In this document: piece by piece, positions 1 through 12,778 of the stretch
Layout: each line of letters starts with the position of its first letter
Numbering within the stretch: the stretch's first letter is position 1
NCBI GenBank assembly: GCA_028534125.1
Contig: CM052816.1
Location: 45,386,001 to 45,450,000, forward strand
Length of the DNA: 64,000 nt
Reading direction: 5' to 3'
Origin: Lama glama
Taxonomy: Eukaryota
Translations under genes and position numbers: made by a program
Notes under the pieces: generated by a model
The model's database searches: none
Told to the model about the DNA's origin: nothing
What the model saw: only the letters and a program-made list of their open reading frames with translations

Positions 1-279
1 CTCTTCTCTCCCACTATTTTTATGTTTTAACCACAACTTTATAAAGTGATTATTCTTTCTTCTGCAAAGTAGGAATAAGGATATAAAAGGAGACTGAGGC
101 TTATTTCTGTCGATGGCAGCAAAATTAAATTATAAGCATCAACGTTTTATTCAGTTAGCAGCCCTATCAACCGTAAGAAGAAAGAGAAATACAGATAACA
201 GAACATTATTTATAAATTACTTATAATTATGAAATAGACATATATACTCAGGCATAACCTCTTTCTACAAGGCTCCACT

Positions 280-460
280 CTAAAATTTTGGTCCTCTCCA
301 TCAAAAGTACTCCTACTACTCCAGTGTTTTGTGTCCCAGTCAATGGCTCCACCATCCATCCAGTTACTCAAGAACTTGATTCCTTTTATTTTTCATCCTG
401 TGTAACTAATTCTCAAATCCTATCAGTTATACTTTTAAAATACCTCTCGAACATGTCAAT
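280..460 (+). mobile_element. L2 LINE fragment
   Basis: CAATGGCTCCACCATCCATCCAGTTACTCAAG...TCTTTCACCTGGACTAC resembles the L2 3' region. Confidence 0.6.
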
Positions 461-1422
461 CTCTCCCCACTTTCCATCATTATCTTTCACCTGGACTACT
501 TCCTCTCCACAGTGAACAGTATGATGTAATTACTTTAACATACAGCAATATATGCACCTCCCCCATATATAATTTGATCCAGGAGATAAATACATTTTAA
601 AACGAAGCATGAAACTTTAAAATCTACTCATTACTGTATTTTTTTCATTGAAGTAACAACCATAGTTATGAATAAACATACTGCCAGTTCTCCTATACTC
701 AGGAACATTCATTTGTTAAGATACTGATAGGAAACGTTGACCAACCATTGTACAAAGCTCGTGTTTAACAATGCATTATTCTGGAAATGGTTAATCAAAC
801 ATGAGTGAAGTCATCCCTCCTTTGTCAAAGAAACTCCACATCAGAGCACCATGTACTTTACTGAGTCACTTATCAGTCAATGGAACACAATCCATTTAAA
901 AATTAACAGGATTGGACTGGATGAAAGCTAATGTACATTATCACACCACTGTAAAATACCACCATTTTTTGGCTTTGTTCTGACATCTTTCAAAAGCATC
1001 TCAGAGACTCTAAACCAAATCCAGTCATTATGTGCACAGGCACTCTATTATGCAGAGAACCCCTAGAGTTCCCTTATAACAGGGAAAGGCAACTCCCCTC
1101 TTTTTTCTACACTTGTGCTAGTAACCAAATCCCTCTTCTACTAACCTGTTCTGGGACTCCACTCTCCCATTTATTACCTCCACCATCTAAGCTCCATAAA
1201 GCTTCTTACTAATTTCCTTAACTAATTTCTGGTTCACGTTCATCTTTCAGTCTTCTAAAATCTAGGTTTCACGGCTACCAAGGGCCAAATGCCTAAGACT
1301 ACTTTTCAGTCCTCATCCAACTTGATGTGTTTGATATTTTATGTTAGCAGTGTGTCCTCCTTCTTCACACTTGCTTGCTTCTAACACTCTTCCTTATGTA
1401 ACATAAAGATTTCATTCTTCTA

Positions 1423-1595
1423 TTGTACAATTTTTTAAAAAATTTCTTTTATATATTTCTTTCTTTCTTTCTTTCTATTGGTGGGGGGAGGTAGTTAGAT
1501 TTATTTATTTATTTTTAGAGGAGGTACTGGGGATTGAACCTAGGACCTTTTGTATTCTAAGCTTGTGCTCTACCACTTGAGCTATACCCTCCCCC
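1423..1595 (-). mobile_element. tRNA-derived camelid SINE (Vic-1-like) with target-site duplication
   Basis: Minus strand reads GGGGGAGGGTATAGCTCAAGTGGTAGAGCAC...GGTCCTAGGTTCAATCCCCAGTACCTCC (Pol III A and B boxes) then an A-rich tail; flanked by AAGATTTC(A/T)TTCTTCTA at 1406-1422 and 1596-1612. Confidence 0.9.
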
Positions 1596-1612
1596 AAGAT
1601 TTCTTTCTTCTA

Positions 1613-1760
1613 AATCAGAGTCCTGGACTCAAATTTGAATTATTTCCAGCAACTAACAGTGATGTCAGGAAAGTTACTAAACTTTTTGAACTTCAGATCT
1701 ATATCTTTAAAATCAAGCTAATTATATTTATCTTGTTGGGCAGTTGTGTAGAATAAGCTA
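1613..1760 (+). mobile_element. MIR fragment
   Basis: CCTGGACTCAAAT...GTGATGTCAGGAAAGTTACTAAACTTTTTGAACTTCAG resembles the MIR core. Confidence 0.55.
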
Positions 1761-2348
1761 TAACACATTTAGCATATCTCAAACTTTTCTACTCAAGTAC
1801 TTCTGTGGGAGAAGAATATGCAAGTCTGACTCCTCCTAGGAAGTCTGGAGCTGTATCCTTGACGGAGACTTCTTGTGCGTGTGTATGTCAGACTTAATCT
1901 TTAAATACTGTGTGAATTTTACATGCTGCTTAGTATCATCCTGCTTACTTAACTTCAGCTATATATTAATTTTATTAAGCTGTAAACTAACATTGGTAAC
2001 TGATGATGCAGGAAGACAGCACAGACACATGGGTTCTCCAGCATCTGCAACACTGTCCTCCTTGCCTGGGGTAAAAATACACTTGTGACAGAACAGACTA
2101 CCCAAATTTGTGGTCAGAGTAGCTGTTCTCATAACCTTCTCCATGCTGTTTCAGAACCTGCATTCTCTTCCACCTCCCTCTCTTAAATATTGGTATTTTA
2201 GGCCTCTTTAGAATACTAAAGAAAAAAAAAGAAAGACGAAAAATCTGTCTTTTGAAAAGAAAGAAATTCAGTTCATTGGCCACGAAAGGCCTTGTTTTGT
2301 TTTGCTTAGGAATATTGGAATTGCATTTTTAAAAATAAAGGGGGAGCT

Positions 2349-2788
2349 TGTCCTAGTTTGAGTTGTGTCACCCCCAAATTCATGTCTACCTGGAACCTCA
2401 GAAGTTGACTTTATTTGGAAAGAGGGTCTTTGTAGATGCTATTAGCTTAGAAGAGGACATACTGGCTTAAGGTGGGCCCTAAATCCTATGACTGGTGTCC
2501 TGATAAAGAAAGTCGTGTGAAGACAAACAGACTCACATATGGGGAAGAGGCCCATGTGACGACAGAGACACTCACTGGAGTAGTGCAGCTGCAAGCCGAG
2601 GAATGCCAAGGATCACCGGAAGTCACTAGGAACTATAAAGGGTTCCTCCCCAGAGCCTTTAGAGGGAGCATGGTCCCGCCGACACTGATTTCCGGTATCC
2701 GGCCTCCAGAACTGTGGGAGTAAACTCCTCTCGTTTTACACCGCCCAGTTTGTGGTACTTGGTACAGCAGCCCTAGGGAATGAGTACA
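2349..2788 (+). mobile_element. ERVL-MaLR solo LTR (MLT1B/MLT1C-like)
   Basis: TG...CA termini; TTGTGTCACCCCCAAATTCATG, GACTTTATTTGGAA, GGCCTCCAGAACTGTGGGAG, GTTTGTGGTACTT and GCAGCCCTAGG are typical MLT1 motifs. Confidence 0.88.
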
Positions 2789-3489
2789 GGTTCCACTTCG
2801 GATGGGAAGGTCATGGGAGACCCCTTGGAAAAAGGGACATTTCAGCTGTCACCTTAAGGACAAGAAAGAGGCAGTTAGGTAGCCGAGAGAAGAGAGGTTT
2901 TGAAGGTGCCATGAGGGAGAAGATGCTGTCAGGTTCAAGAAGCTGCATGACTTATCCAAGGTCATAAGGCCAGGAAGTAGAATAACTGAGTCTTGGGCCC
3001 AAGACTTCTGATTCAAAGACCAAGGGTTAAAGCTTTCCTACTATGTCTAGATCTCAGAAGATCTTCAAAACAACCAAGCAACCAACCAATCCACCCATCC
3101 ACCCACCCACACGTTCAATTTTCTTGGCAATTAAAAGTGAAGCATGGCTAGAGGCAGGCAGAGCAGATACTGCTGACAAAGGACATTTTTATGAGAGACG
3201 GGGAAAGGCAAGGACAGTATTACAGAGCTACTCTATAATCTTCCCTCCTAGCCAAAGCATCCTACAGAAGCACAAGTGAGGGCCAGCTTACTCAGTCTCC
3301 AAGTCTTGGTGATCACTTGTAGCTCCTTCTTAAAAGAAGGGGCAGAAAAGGCTTCCTGGAGGCTGTAGCTCTCTTCCATTCAAAACTCACCTATAGGCAA
3401 TCATGTGAAACCTTGGCAAAAATCCCACCATGTCTCTGGCCTGATGAAAAAGCTTCAAGGCTCACCTTTTCCTCTACTAATTGTAGCTT

Positions 3490-3755
3490 TAGTGTCATAG
3501 GCTGAAATCAGCTTCCAAGTAGGTTTTGTTATATCTGCTTAGTGTTTTAAAAACCCAGATATTTCACGTAATAGCTTAGATATTCAATTTTTCTTAAAAA
3601 CTAAGAAGTCCATGCCTCAGGGAATGACTAGTCAGTGCTGGATAACGGCTTCCACTTACAAAGGGCGTGCATTTACCCGTAACCACGGTCCCTAGAGCCT
3701 CACTTAAATAGCTTTTCTGGCCTCTTGCAGGCATTTGGGTTTGTGAGCTTGGTCT
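3490..3755 (-). mobile_element. hAT-Charlie non-autonomous DNA transposon (MER102/Charlie4-like)
   Basis: Ends CTGGCCTCTTGCAGGCATTTGGGTTTGTGA, the reverse complement of a MER102-type terminus; similar to 35530-36140. Confidence 0.55.
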
Positions 3756-4282
3756 ATAAAAGCTGACTTTACAGTCTTCAACCTGACCCTACTTTATCTG
3801 TACACTTAAACCTCTCACTGTTAACTTGGAGAAACTCCTCACTCTTCTATAAGTATTTCGTATTTCATATTCATTTCTCCACCTCATTTCTCTTTTAGTC
3901 AAATCTACCCCCTGCTCCAGGGAACAACACAAGTGTGGCATTTTCTCTGAACATACCTGGCCCCCTATTTTTCCAGAACTAACTTATTATTGTGTCTGCT
4001 ACTTAGTTACCTTCATTGAACGCTGACTGGCATTGTTAGTTAACAGTCAAGTACATATATTTAAGCCAAAGATTATATGGGGTTGTCACAAATGTTTTTG
4101 CCATCATCTTAGCACTTAACACTTAAAATGCACATGGTTAGCTTCATAAAGTGACAGGTGAATGGTATCAATGACTCATCACCACAGAAAGGTTGGCTAG
4201 GTAATAATTCTAATTATTCACACTTTTGATTATATTAGCTAGGCTTTTGGCTTCACCCTCTTACTTCTAGACAATTCCTTAC

Positions 4283-4303
4283 CTGATGGGTATCTAGCAA
4301 AGA
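4283..4303 (-). other. Candidate 21-nt microexon of an unidentified minus-strand gene
   Basis: Minus strand: cccttctttattctccccag|TCTTTGCTAGATACCCATCAG|gtaagg; strong acceptor and donor; length is a multiple of 3. Confidence 0.35.
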
Positions 4304-6614
4304 CTGGGGAGAATAAAGAAGGGTATGATTTTTCTTGTGAATGCTCCAACATAAGGCTTTATAAGAAGAAAGATTGAAATCAGTGGCTAAAATAAGATTA
4401 TTAGGTTTCCTAGGATTTTTGTGATCACAATTACCACAGAAAATTAAAAATCAATTGCATCATCATATTTTGACTTTCAAAATCATTATAAAACTAAGAG
4501 TTAATCCTGGATGGCTTCTACTAAATGAAATAAATGTAAGGTTAATTATGGGTTTTATTTCAGATGCATCTGAATTTAGACTAACCCTATTCTGCACAAG
4601 AGTCTACCCTGAAGCTGAATCCTTAAATTCCTAATGTATTTGTGTGGCTGAGAATTTGGGTTAGCCCTCAGACTGCTCTCCCAGTTCCATCTCCAACCCC
4701 TGTATTTTCAGACAGGGGACCAGGCTGGCAGTGGCTCCTGGAGTGAAAACCATCTAGCAGGTTTTAAATGGTTTTGGACTGCTGCCTAGTAGTAGTAAAA
4801 CCAAAATTAATGAGACAGAACTGATTTGAGAATGATGGGTTTGAAACATACCAGAAGCCCCATATCCACACTCTTGCCCACTCAATTTAGCTCATTCCTG
4901 AAGGTCACTCTCATTTTAAAAGACAGCTATTTGTATTACACATTTTCACAAGACCGCTCATTTACTATCAACCAATTTCAATTCCCTTTACTTAAGAAAA
5001 TCTTTTGTGACTTTAATCCTCACAGAGGATTATAAGTGATTTCCTGTCTCTGTTGATGTAGAGCAAATGGACGTCCCTAATACACATTCTACAAGACTGT
5101 AATTAGACATCGTTCTGAAGTTAAAGTTTCATTCACTTTTGATGGTGATATCTGCTTACAATATTTTTTAAAAAGTGCTTTCAGTTGGCAAAATCTTCTT
5201 AGGAATTCTCTAGAAGCAGGTTTTGTTTATATTTTGTTAATTTTTTTCCTTAGGAAATTATCAAAACTAAGGATTCTGTTTTATCACTGTTCATATTCTG
5301 CTCTAAATGGGAAGGGGGGAAAAAAGGCAAATCCCGAGAGGGTGGGGAGAATGTAGAAGCCTCTGCTGTAGCACAGACAGCTATTTATGTGTTTCTTTCA
5401 CAGAAGAATAAGAAGTTTGAGAGAACATTATGCCCATAACCACACATTCAAATGAGAGCTTCTAAGCGGCCTTCACAGCGAGTCTCTGAAACCAGGCACT
5501 GGCTGAACGCGACTCCCCTTCCGAGGGCTCCTCCTCTCTGCCAGTCCCACCCCTGCTCTCCCTGTCATTACTAACTAGTGCCGGTTCAAACTGGCTGGCT
5601 CCAGTCTTTGCAGCATCCTTCCTCTCTTTCTCTGGGCTTTTGTTCGGGTTAGAACAGAGCACGGCTTTTTCATTCCACGCAGCTTGTGCAATTAACCCGC
5701 AAACTGAAAAACATCATGGTCTATCACGGAATAACCTATTGATGACTTAATTATCTGAAAAGATAACATTAATCTAAAGCAAACATAACTGCATGTTTAC
5801 TATTTATTATCACATATATTTGTATTTCAGCCCTTCTCTTGATTTCTGGTAGTCAAATTGCTTTTAACCCTTGGCCAATCATAAGTCATTCTGTTTAACA
5901 GTTCTGTTTGTTTGTTTATGAAGTCCTAAAGAAATATTTATATAAAGAATTTGTAAAGAATCCAAGGGAAGTTCATTCAAATATCCTAACTTTTTCTGTT
6001 TTTCCGCTGGACAGACAGGGAAGAGTAAACAGAATAGTCCTGACTCATTCAACAAAGGGAAAACTGGAAAATATAACCCATACAATGGCATTATTTTAAG
6101 CAATGCACTGGTTTTAGAATCAACTATCTGAAGCACTGAATATGTCCCTTCTGTAACAATACCTATCTATGTGAAGGAAACTATTTCAAAGCAATTTTTT
6201 GTTTTTAGAATAAGCATATGTCACTATCAAAATTCAAAGGAAATAAAAGCAATCAAAAGCACAGAAATATTAGATTCTGATGAACTAAAAATAAACATTA
6301 CTTAGTTACACCAAACAGCTGCCACCCCATATTAACTGCAGTTTCTCTTCTAGTGTTGAGGATTAATACACCAGCCTGTTATGAGCGGAGTTTTGCCCTC
6401 AGGCTTCTGTACTTCTGTATAACTGTACATGTGTGTGTTGTGGGAGGAAGAAGAGGAACAGAGAAAAGGCAAGGGCGAGCTGATAGAGTCAAGGCTTTAG
6501 AACCCCCTTCAATGCTAACACACATTTGACAAACGTAATGGGATCTACCAATCTAAACCAGCTAGGAGAAATGAACTTGACCTCACAGCAGGCTTCACAC
6601 ACTGGAAAGAGAAC

Positions 6615-6775
6615 TTTTGCCTGGACATGTGTTTACTTTGGCCAGTGCAGTGTTTTTAATAATTTGAATGTGACTTCCCCTAGGCAGGGCATGTACTTCT
6701 TGTGTCCCCACTGCCTTATATTTGTCTCTGTTCCTGTGACTGGCCTCTGAAGGCCTTAAGAGTTTGTGACCCCAC
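6615..6775 (-). mobile_element. Short hAT-Charlie (MER102/Charlie4-like) element
   Basis: Ends CTGGCCTCTGAAGGCCTTAAGAGTTTGTGACCCC, the same terminus type as 3490-3755. Confidence 0.45.
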
Positions 6776-8779
6776 TTCGGACGCTAAGATGTGTCCTATG
6801 ACCCAACATCTCCGCTGACCACACGCTAAAGCCTACCTCCAAGCTCTGGGCACGTATTTTCCTCTCCCCTTTAGGAATTCTGTCTCAGAAGCAAATTCAC
6901 TGTGACAAAAGACATGGCAGTCTACACAAAATCCTAGACTGTCCCCAGTGTGCACGCTTACAATTAAACAAAGCATTGTGCTGAAACTCAGCCAATTCAC
7001 CTGTGTCTCATCCCTTTGCCAGCAACGGACAAACATGGAATAAGAAGTAACATCATCCAAATTAGGGATGACTCATAAATTCAGACTAAACGCCAACTAA
7101 ACTTGACCTTCTGAGTTACCTTGGATTCCTGGAGAAAACTAGAAAATGATGCAAATAACGTGTCTTCCCTTTGTGGAGTCGTCTGAAGGCTGAGTGTGCT
7201 TCCACATGTCACAAAATAAGAGCAACTCATATTTTGGGTAAGAGGATCAGATTTAGATCCAAGTCCTTAAAGGAAGTTAGTGGAGAGTGGTAGATTCTTA
7301 GCCCATTTACACTCCTTTTCTGAAATGACTGCCGCTCCTTTGCTGCTCTACTGTTCGGCAATAAATGCCGGGAGCTAGTTCCAGGAACAAGTCTTCAGAG
7401 AAAACAGCCAACAATGGCGTCTTAAAGGCCTAAGGAAAATAAGGGTATCAAGCTGTATGTTTGGGAAAGAAGTTATTTCTGAACCGCATAAAGAGGTGAG
7501 GTGAAGGGGGGCGGGAAGGACAGGATCTCCCGCCGGTGTGAGGAAACCACGACGGCATCAGCGCTGAAGGGGGAGGTAAGTGTGTCTGATCGCTCCTCGG
7601 CTTTCCAGGATTACTATCTGCTTTTCACGAGGCCACACAAAAACGCTCTCACTTACAGGGCTTTTGTAAGTTGCATATGCAGCTAGAACAAGAAAGTGCT
7701 TAAAAATCTGGAATTCATTATTCAAATGTTAGGTATCATGATTATTTAAACCAATGTAAAGGAAACGCTATGCTTCCATCTGTAGAGCACAGTATCTCCA
7801 TTTCCACTGAAAACTTGTTTATCAAGTCTAAATGTTGTTTCCAAGTGAACACGAGACATTTTTTCTAAGTTATTATCATTTTTTTCCCACACGTACTTTC
7901 ATAGTATTTTATATCTTTGTCCTTTAAAGAAAGCATTTCATTCACACAAACATTAATCCACAATATTTCCACAAGGCAGGAAGAAATTCAAATTGCATGG
8001 GAAGTCAGCAGTGAGCCTGGAATGGAATCCACGTTTCCTGACCTTCATTTTAGTGTTCCCTCTGTTAGGTTCTGGTATTTGAATAATGAACTCAAATTAA
8101 ACTAATTGTCATTGCTCAAAAATTCATTAACCACAGCAGCAACTCTGAAACAAATGAGTAAGTCAATGAAAACGAATACCCTAACACTGCTTTTAAGTGA
8201 CGTTCCTCACACAGCTACCTAATTAATGAAAGAAATCCTAACCCACATCTTGTACCTCATTAAAAACGGGCCCCTTCTTTGACTACTATGTTTTAAAACA
8301 AAATTCCAAGGCTTAAAGTGACAACATGCTTTTCTTTTATTGCCTTGGTTTAACTTTGTAATTCAAGCCAGAAGATTTGAAAGTGGTTTTCTAAAAAATG
8401 CACATTTAATTTATAGACAAATAAAATGCATTATCAATCTTTTCTTGGATTATCTTTATTTTAAGTCCATAGCTATAGCATTAGACTAACTGATAGTCTT
8501 CTACCAGTGTTTATCAACAACAGAAAACAGAGAAACAAGCATGTACAGATAGGGGGCGTATTTCTTGCATCAGTGTTCCAGGCATGTGATAAGAAGAATC
8601 AACTGAGTTCCTCTGGATTTAACTCCTGGGGAGAAAGATAATAAAAGTGGACCCAGAAGCACCAACTGTACTTCTTCTACCAATACTGTACATAATTCCA
8701 AATCCCAGAATTATAACTTTTCTCAGTGTTTACTGGTTAATAAAAACACTGCCTGACCAAAGCTATAATTAATAATAAA

Positions 8780-8910
8780 CTAGAATTTAAGCTCCAAGAA
8801 GACAGAGACTTTTTATATGATTTGTCTGCTGTCATATGCCCATGTGTTGTGCACAGAACAGTGCCTGCCATAAAACAGGTACTCAATAAACTATGTGTTG
8901 AGTGAAAGGA
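8780..8910 (+). mobile_element. L2 3' end
   Basis: AAGCTCCAAGAAGACAGAGACTTT...AGAACAGTGCCTG...CAGGTACTCAATAAA...GTTGAGTGAA. Confidence 0.75.
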
Positions 8911-10039
8911 AGTGGGGAATTAAGCGGAGGTTCTGGCTGAGGAAGCACAGTAATATTATCCAGAGTAAATCACAAAAAGCTTTAATAGACGTGTTCAGCA
9001 GGGAAGCCTTTAATAAAATAATATCTCTTTGGAAGGAAAATATTGCCAGCCTTGCTGTTACACTTTCTCTCCAAAAAGCATACTCTTCAATACTTATGGT
9101 ACTGTATTAAATTAGGCAACAAATTACAAGTTATAGCCAAGCAGTTTTAAAATTGGGGCAATCAAAATAAGAAAAGCTTCAAGTTAATCGAAGTAAATTT
9201 TTCAGAGCAACAAGTTCTACAACTAGAATGAAAGCCAGTAAATAAAAAAATTACTTTTACCCTAACTGACATTAAAAAAATTATTGAATAATAACTCAAA
9301 TAAAATTATTTTTTAAATTTCTTCCTTTTTGCCTAAACAAGCTGTTCAGGACATCCAATTCAATACGCACAATGGCTTCCCACAGGAAAGTCCACTCTAA
9401 ATACACACCAATGATGGGAGTTTAAAACAATAAGGGTGGGAAGAGTAAAAATTACAGCCAGGGTCAAATATAATCAAGTACTTTAGTGACCCAGAAATGG
9501 AACAAAAATCAAGAGACTAGGCATGTGCTGAAGCAGTGATCATGCTGGGCTACAGGTCTGGAAGTATGCTGAGACATCAGAAGTGTTGGCTCCTGCAGGA
9601 TACAGAGAAATCAAAATGTTTCACAGGAGATGGGGAATCAAAATGTTTCACATGTGACTTGGTTGATGCCTCCTCATCTCAACTTCCTAAAAAAAGAATG
9701 AAACAGTTTCTATCAACTGTTGCCTGAGTTAGTGTTTTAGAGAACTGTAGGGTAAGTGAAAACACCAACACAGCCTCCTGACCAGAAATAAAGACAAGTC
9801 ATCCGTTGGCTTCAAGACTAGACTGACCATATCCCCAGTATTACACTTTGTTATTTTAAGTCTGAGTTCCAAGAATGGGGGCTCTAAGTTTTGGCTGGAA
9901 GTCACTGTGCTACTATTATTCATGAAGAGGTGATGGAGGGAGGAAAAAAGAGGAGAAGAAACGAAAGAAAACAAAAAGCCTGCTACTCAAAATGAGTCTG
10001 ACAACCAGTATTTCAAAACACATGAATAAATCTAATGTG

Positions 10040-12420
10040 AGTAAAAGGCAACCAATAAAATCAACTATTTGAATATAAATGTGCTCCAGATGAAATTAAT
10101 TGCATGAAACAATCCGAGAAAGATTGCAAAAGAGCAGGTTAACGATGGCCAGAATTAGTGCAGACAAAATTATCAATACAAATAGCAAGAGTTCACAAGT
10201 ATACACAGTCAGAAATGAAATAAGAAAAGACAAATATGAAAGAACGTAAAACCTTAAAATTTAAAAATATAGTTATTGAAATTAAATGAAGACGTGAATG
10301 GGTTAATGTTAGGCTGGGATCAAAGAGTGAATTAAGAAAGGGTAGTAAATAATGAAGAACTCTCCCAGAATGCAGCACAGAAAGATAAGGTTAAAATTAT
10401 GAAAGAATATGTAAGATATAAGAAAGTATCCTAATATAGAAAAAGAGAACTGATAAAGAAGTATGTGATAAGGCAATTGCTGAGAAGTTATCGGAACTAA
10501 GGAAAAACATGTTGTAAGCAAAATAAATAAGGATAAATCTAGGATTAGATATCTGCAACAAAACTGCAGAACTTTAAAAACTACCAGAGGAGATAAAATA
10601 TAAATTATCTATATTAGATGACAGATAGGTTGAAAATAACTTCTCACTGACTGACTGAAACAAATGGCAAGAAATAATGAAGTGATATTTGCAAGGTGCC
10701 AAGGAAATATAACCCTTAACCTAAAAATTCATACCCGCCCAAACTACTATTCAAGAATTGAGGACAAAATTAATTTATTTTAGACATACAAATATTAAGA
10801 TATTTTTTTACCAAAAGACTCATCTTCTGGAATAAGAAAATTAAACTCAGCAGGGAGGTATAATAATACAAGAAACAATGATAAACACAGTAAGTAACTA
10901 TATATGCCAACATTTTTAATCAATTTAGTAAAAAAATATAATTTTTCTTGAACAGATCTATAAACAAAAATTGGTAAGATTTGTTTCAATTAAAAAGAGG
11001 ACAAAAGTAACTATAGATAATGTTAAATTTTTAAAATTAAATATATGTTAAAATCTATGAGTAAACATTAACACAACCCAGTTTCCAAATTATCAGAAAA
11101 AATAAGAGGTTGAAAAAACAGTATCAATTAATCAGAATATAGGAAAGGAGAAAAATGAAGAAGAAAAAAAGATGATAAACAGAAAACATAAAATTATGTA
11201 GAAGTCATCCAACATATCAGTAATCACAATAAATGTATATAGAATAAACCCACTTAGTGAGAGAATATCTGAATTAATTTTTAAAAAATCAAGCTATTTA
11301 ATTGCTTACAAGAATCTCATCTAAAATGAAAACACACAATAGGCTGAAAATAAAGTATAAAAAAAGATAACTATACAAATATGCTAAACATAGTAGTAAG
11401 AGGCTACCTCAGCAATAAGAAAATCAGACAAAATACAATTTAAAAGAAAAAAGCATCGAAAGGATAAAAGGATTTTAGAATAGAAAAAACTATCAAAACT
11501 ATGAAAAAAATACCAATGTAATCTTAAAACAAATTTGGCATATTTGGCAAATATGACAAAATTAAAGGAGATAGAAATATGCAATCAAAATAGAGATTTA
11601 AAACATTTTTATCAGATACGGATAGATCAAGCTGATAAAAAATAGTTTGACAAACAAAACATTTAACAAGTTAACAGGAAATATTTATATAAACTGACTA
11701 TGTACAAGGTTCTCACTAAAATCTCAACAAATTTTTTAAAATGATGTCATACACACTATACTTTTAGACCCAATACTACTAAATTAGGATTCAGCAGGAA
11801 AATAAAAACAAAACATTAAGGATGTTCAAAAAATGTGCTCTCAAACTAGTTAAATAAATTAAAATGAAAATCACAAAATGTTTAGAACTAAATGAAACTA
11901 CCAAATTTTATTGTAAAGCTGCTATAGTGACACTTAGAGGCAAACTTATAGACTTAATTTTACTCATTTACAAAACAAAACTAAAAATAAAAGATAATTT
12001 AAGTCAAAAGCTAAAAATTAAAAAGTAAATAAATTAGGTAGAAAAAATAAAAAAATAAAATTTTACTGGAAAAAAGTTGAGGCAGTAAGCAAAACTATAA
12101 CCTTGTTCTTTGAAAATAAAAATAAAATAGATAAACCTTGAGAAAGGCTTATTAAGAAAAGAGGTGCAAATAAACAATACTGGGTATGAAAAGGGGAAGA
12201 TTTTTATAGATAAACTGTTATCACTTTAAAAAATCAGATATACAAAAATTCATAGTAACAAATTTAAATGCTATAGATGTAAATAAATACAGATTTAGAT
12301 GGAGATAGAATGAGAAAGAAAACTACAATCTATGCTAGAAATAAGTACATAATAAAAAATTAATAATTCAGTAGTAATTAACTAAATTTGATCCATAATC
12401 CAAAATATCTTGGTCCAGAA
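10040..12420 (+). mobile_element. Old, highly decayed L1M remnant (ORF1 and 5' part of ORF2)
   Basis: Strongly A-rich plus strand; ORF1 C-terminal-like AACCTAAAAATTCATACCCGCCCAAACTACTATTCAAG; EN-start-like ATATCAGTAATCACAATAAATGTA; TTGTTCTTTGAAAA...AAAATAGATAAACC; no open frame left. Confidence 0.8.
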
Positions 12421-12620
12421 GAAATCAAAAAGTTGTTTCAAAGAACACTGTCCTTTGGCCATTCTTTCTCCACAACTTACAGCAATGATTGAGAATGTTT
12501 ACGGTACGTAAGAATCATCTTGGAAATTTATTACAAATGCAAGCTATCAGTCCTCATCATCCTAACTGTAGTGAACACATACCAGTGGTGTGTGTAGAGT
12601 GGTAAAGATATAAATTCTGG

Positions 12621-12778
12621 GGAAATATACACAAAATGTTATGATAAATCACAGAGAAAAAAATGTGACAATGAGTGTGTATATGTCCATGAATGACTGA
12701 AAAATTGTGCTGAACACTGGAATTTGACACAACACTGTAAAATGATTATGAATCAATAAAAAATGTAAAAAAAAAAAA
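12621..12778 (+). mobile_element. Young 5'-truncated L1 3' end with poly(A)
   Basis: ATGACTGAAAAATTGTGCTGAACACTGGAATTTGACACAACACTGTAAA...AATAAA then a poly(A) tail; short flanking repeat AAATTCTG. Confidence 0.8.

Noticed and set aside
1520..1595. tRNA-like sequence
   Set aside because: Head of a SINE with tail and target-site duplication, not a tRNA gene
9609..9652. 17-bp direct repeat with a 10-bp spacer
   Set aside because: Only two copies; local duplication, not a CRISPR-like array
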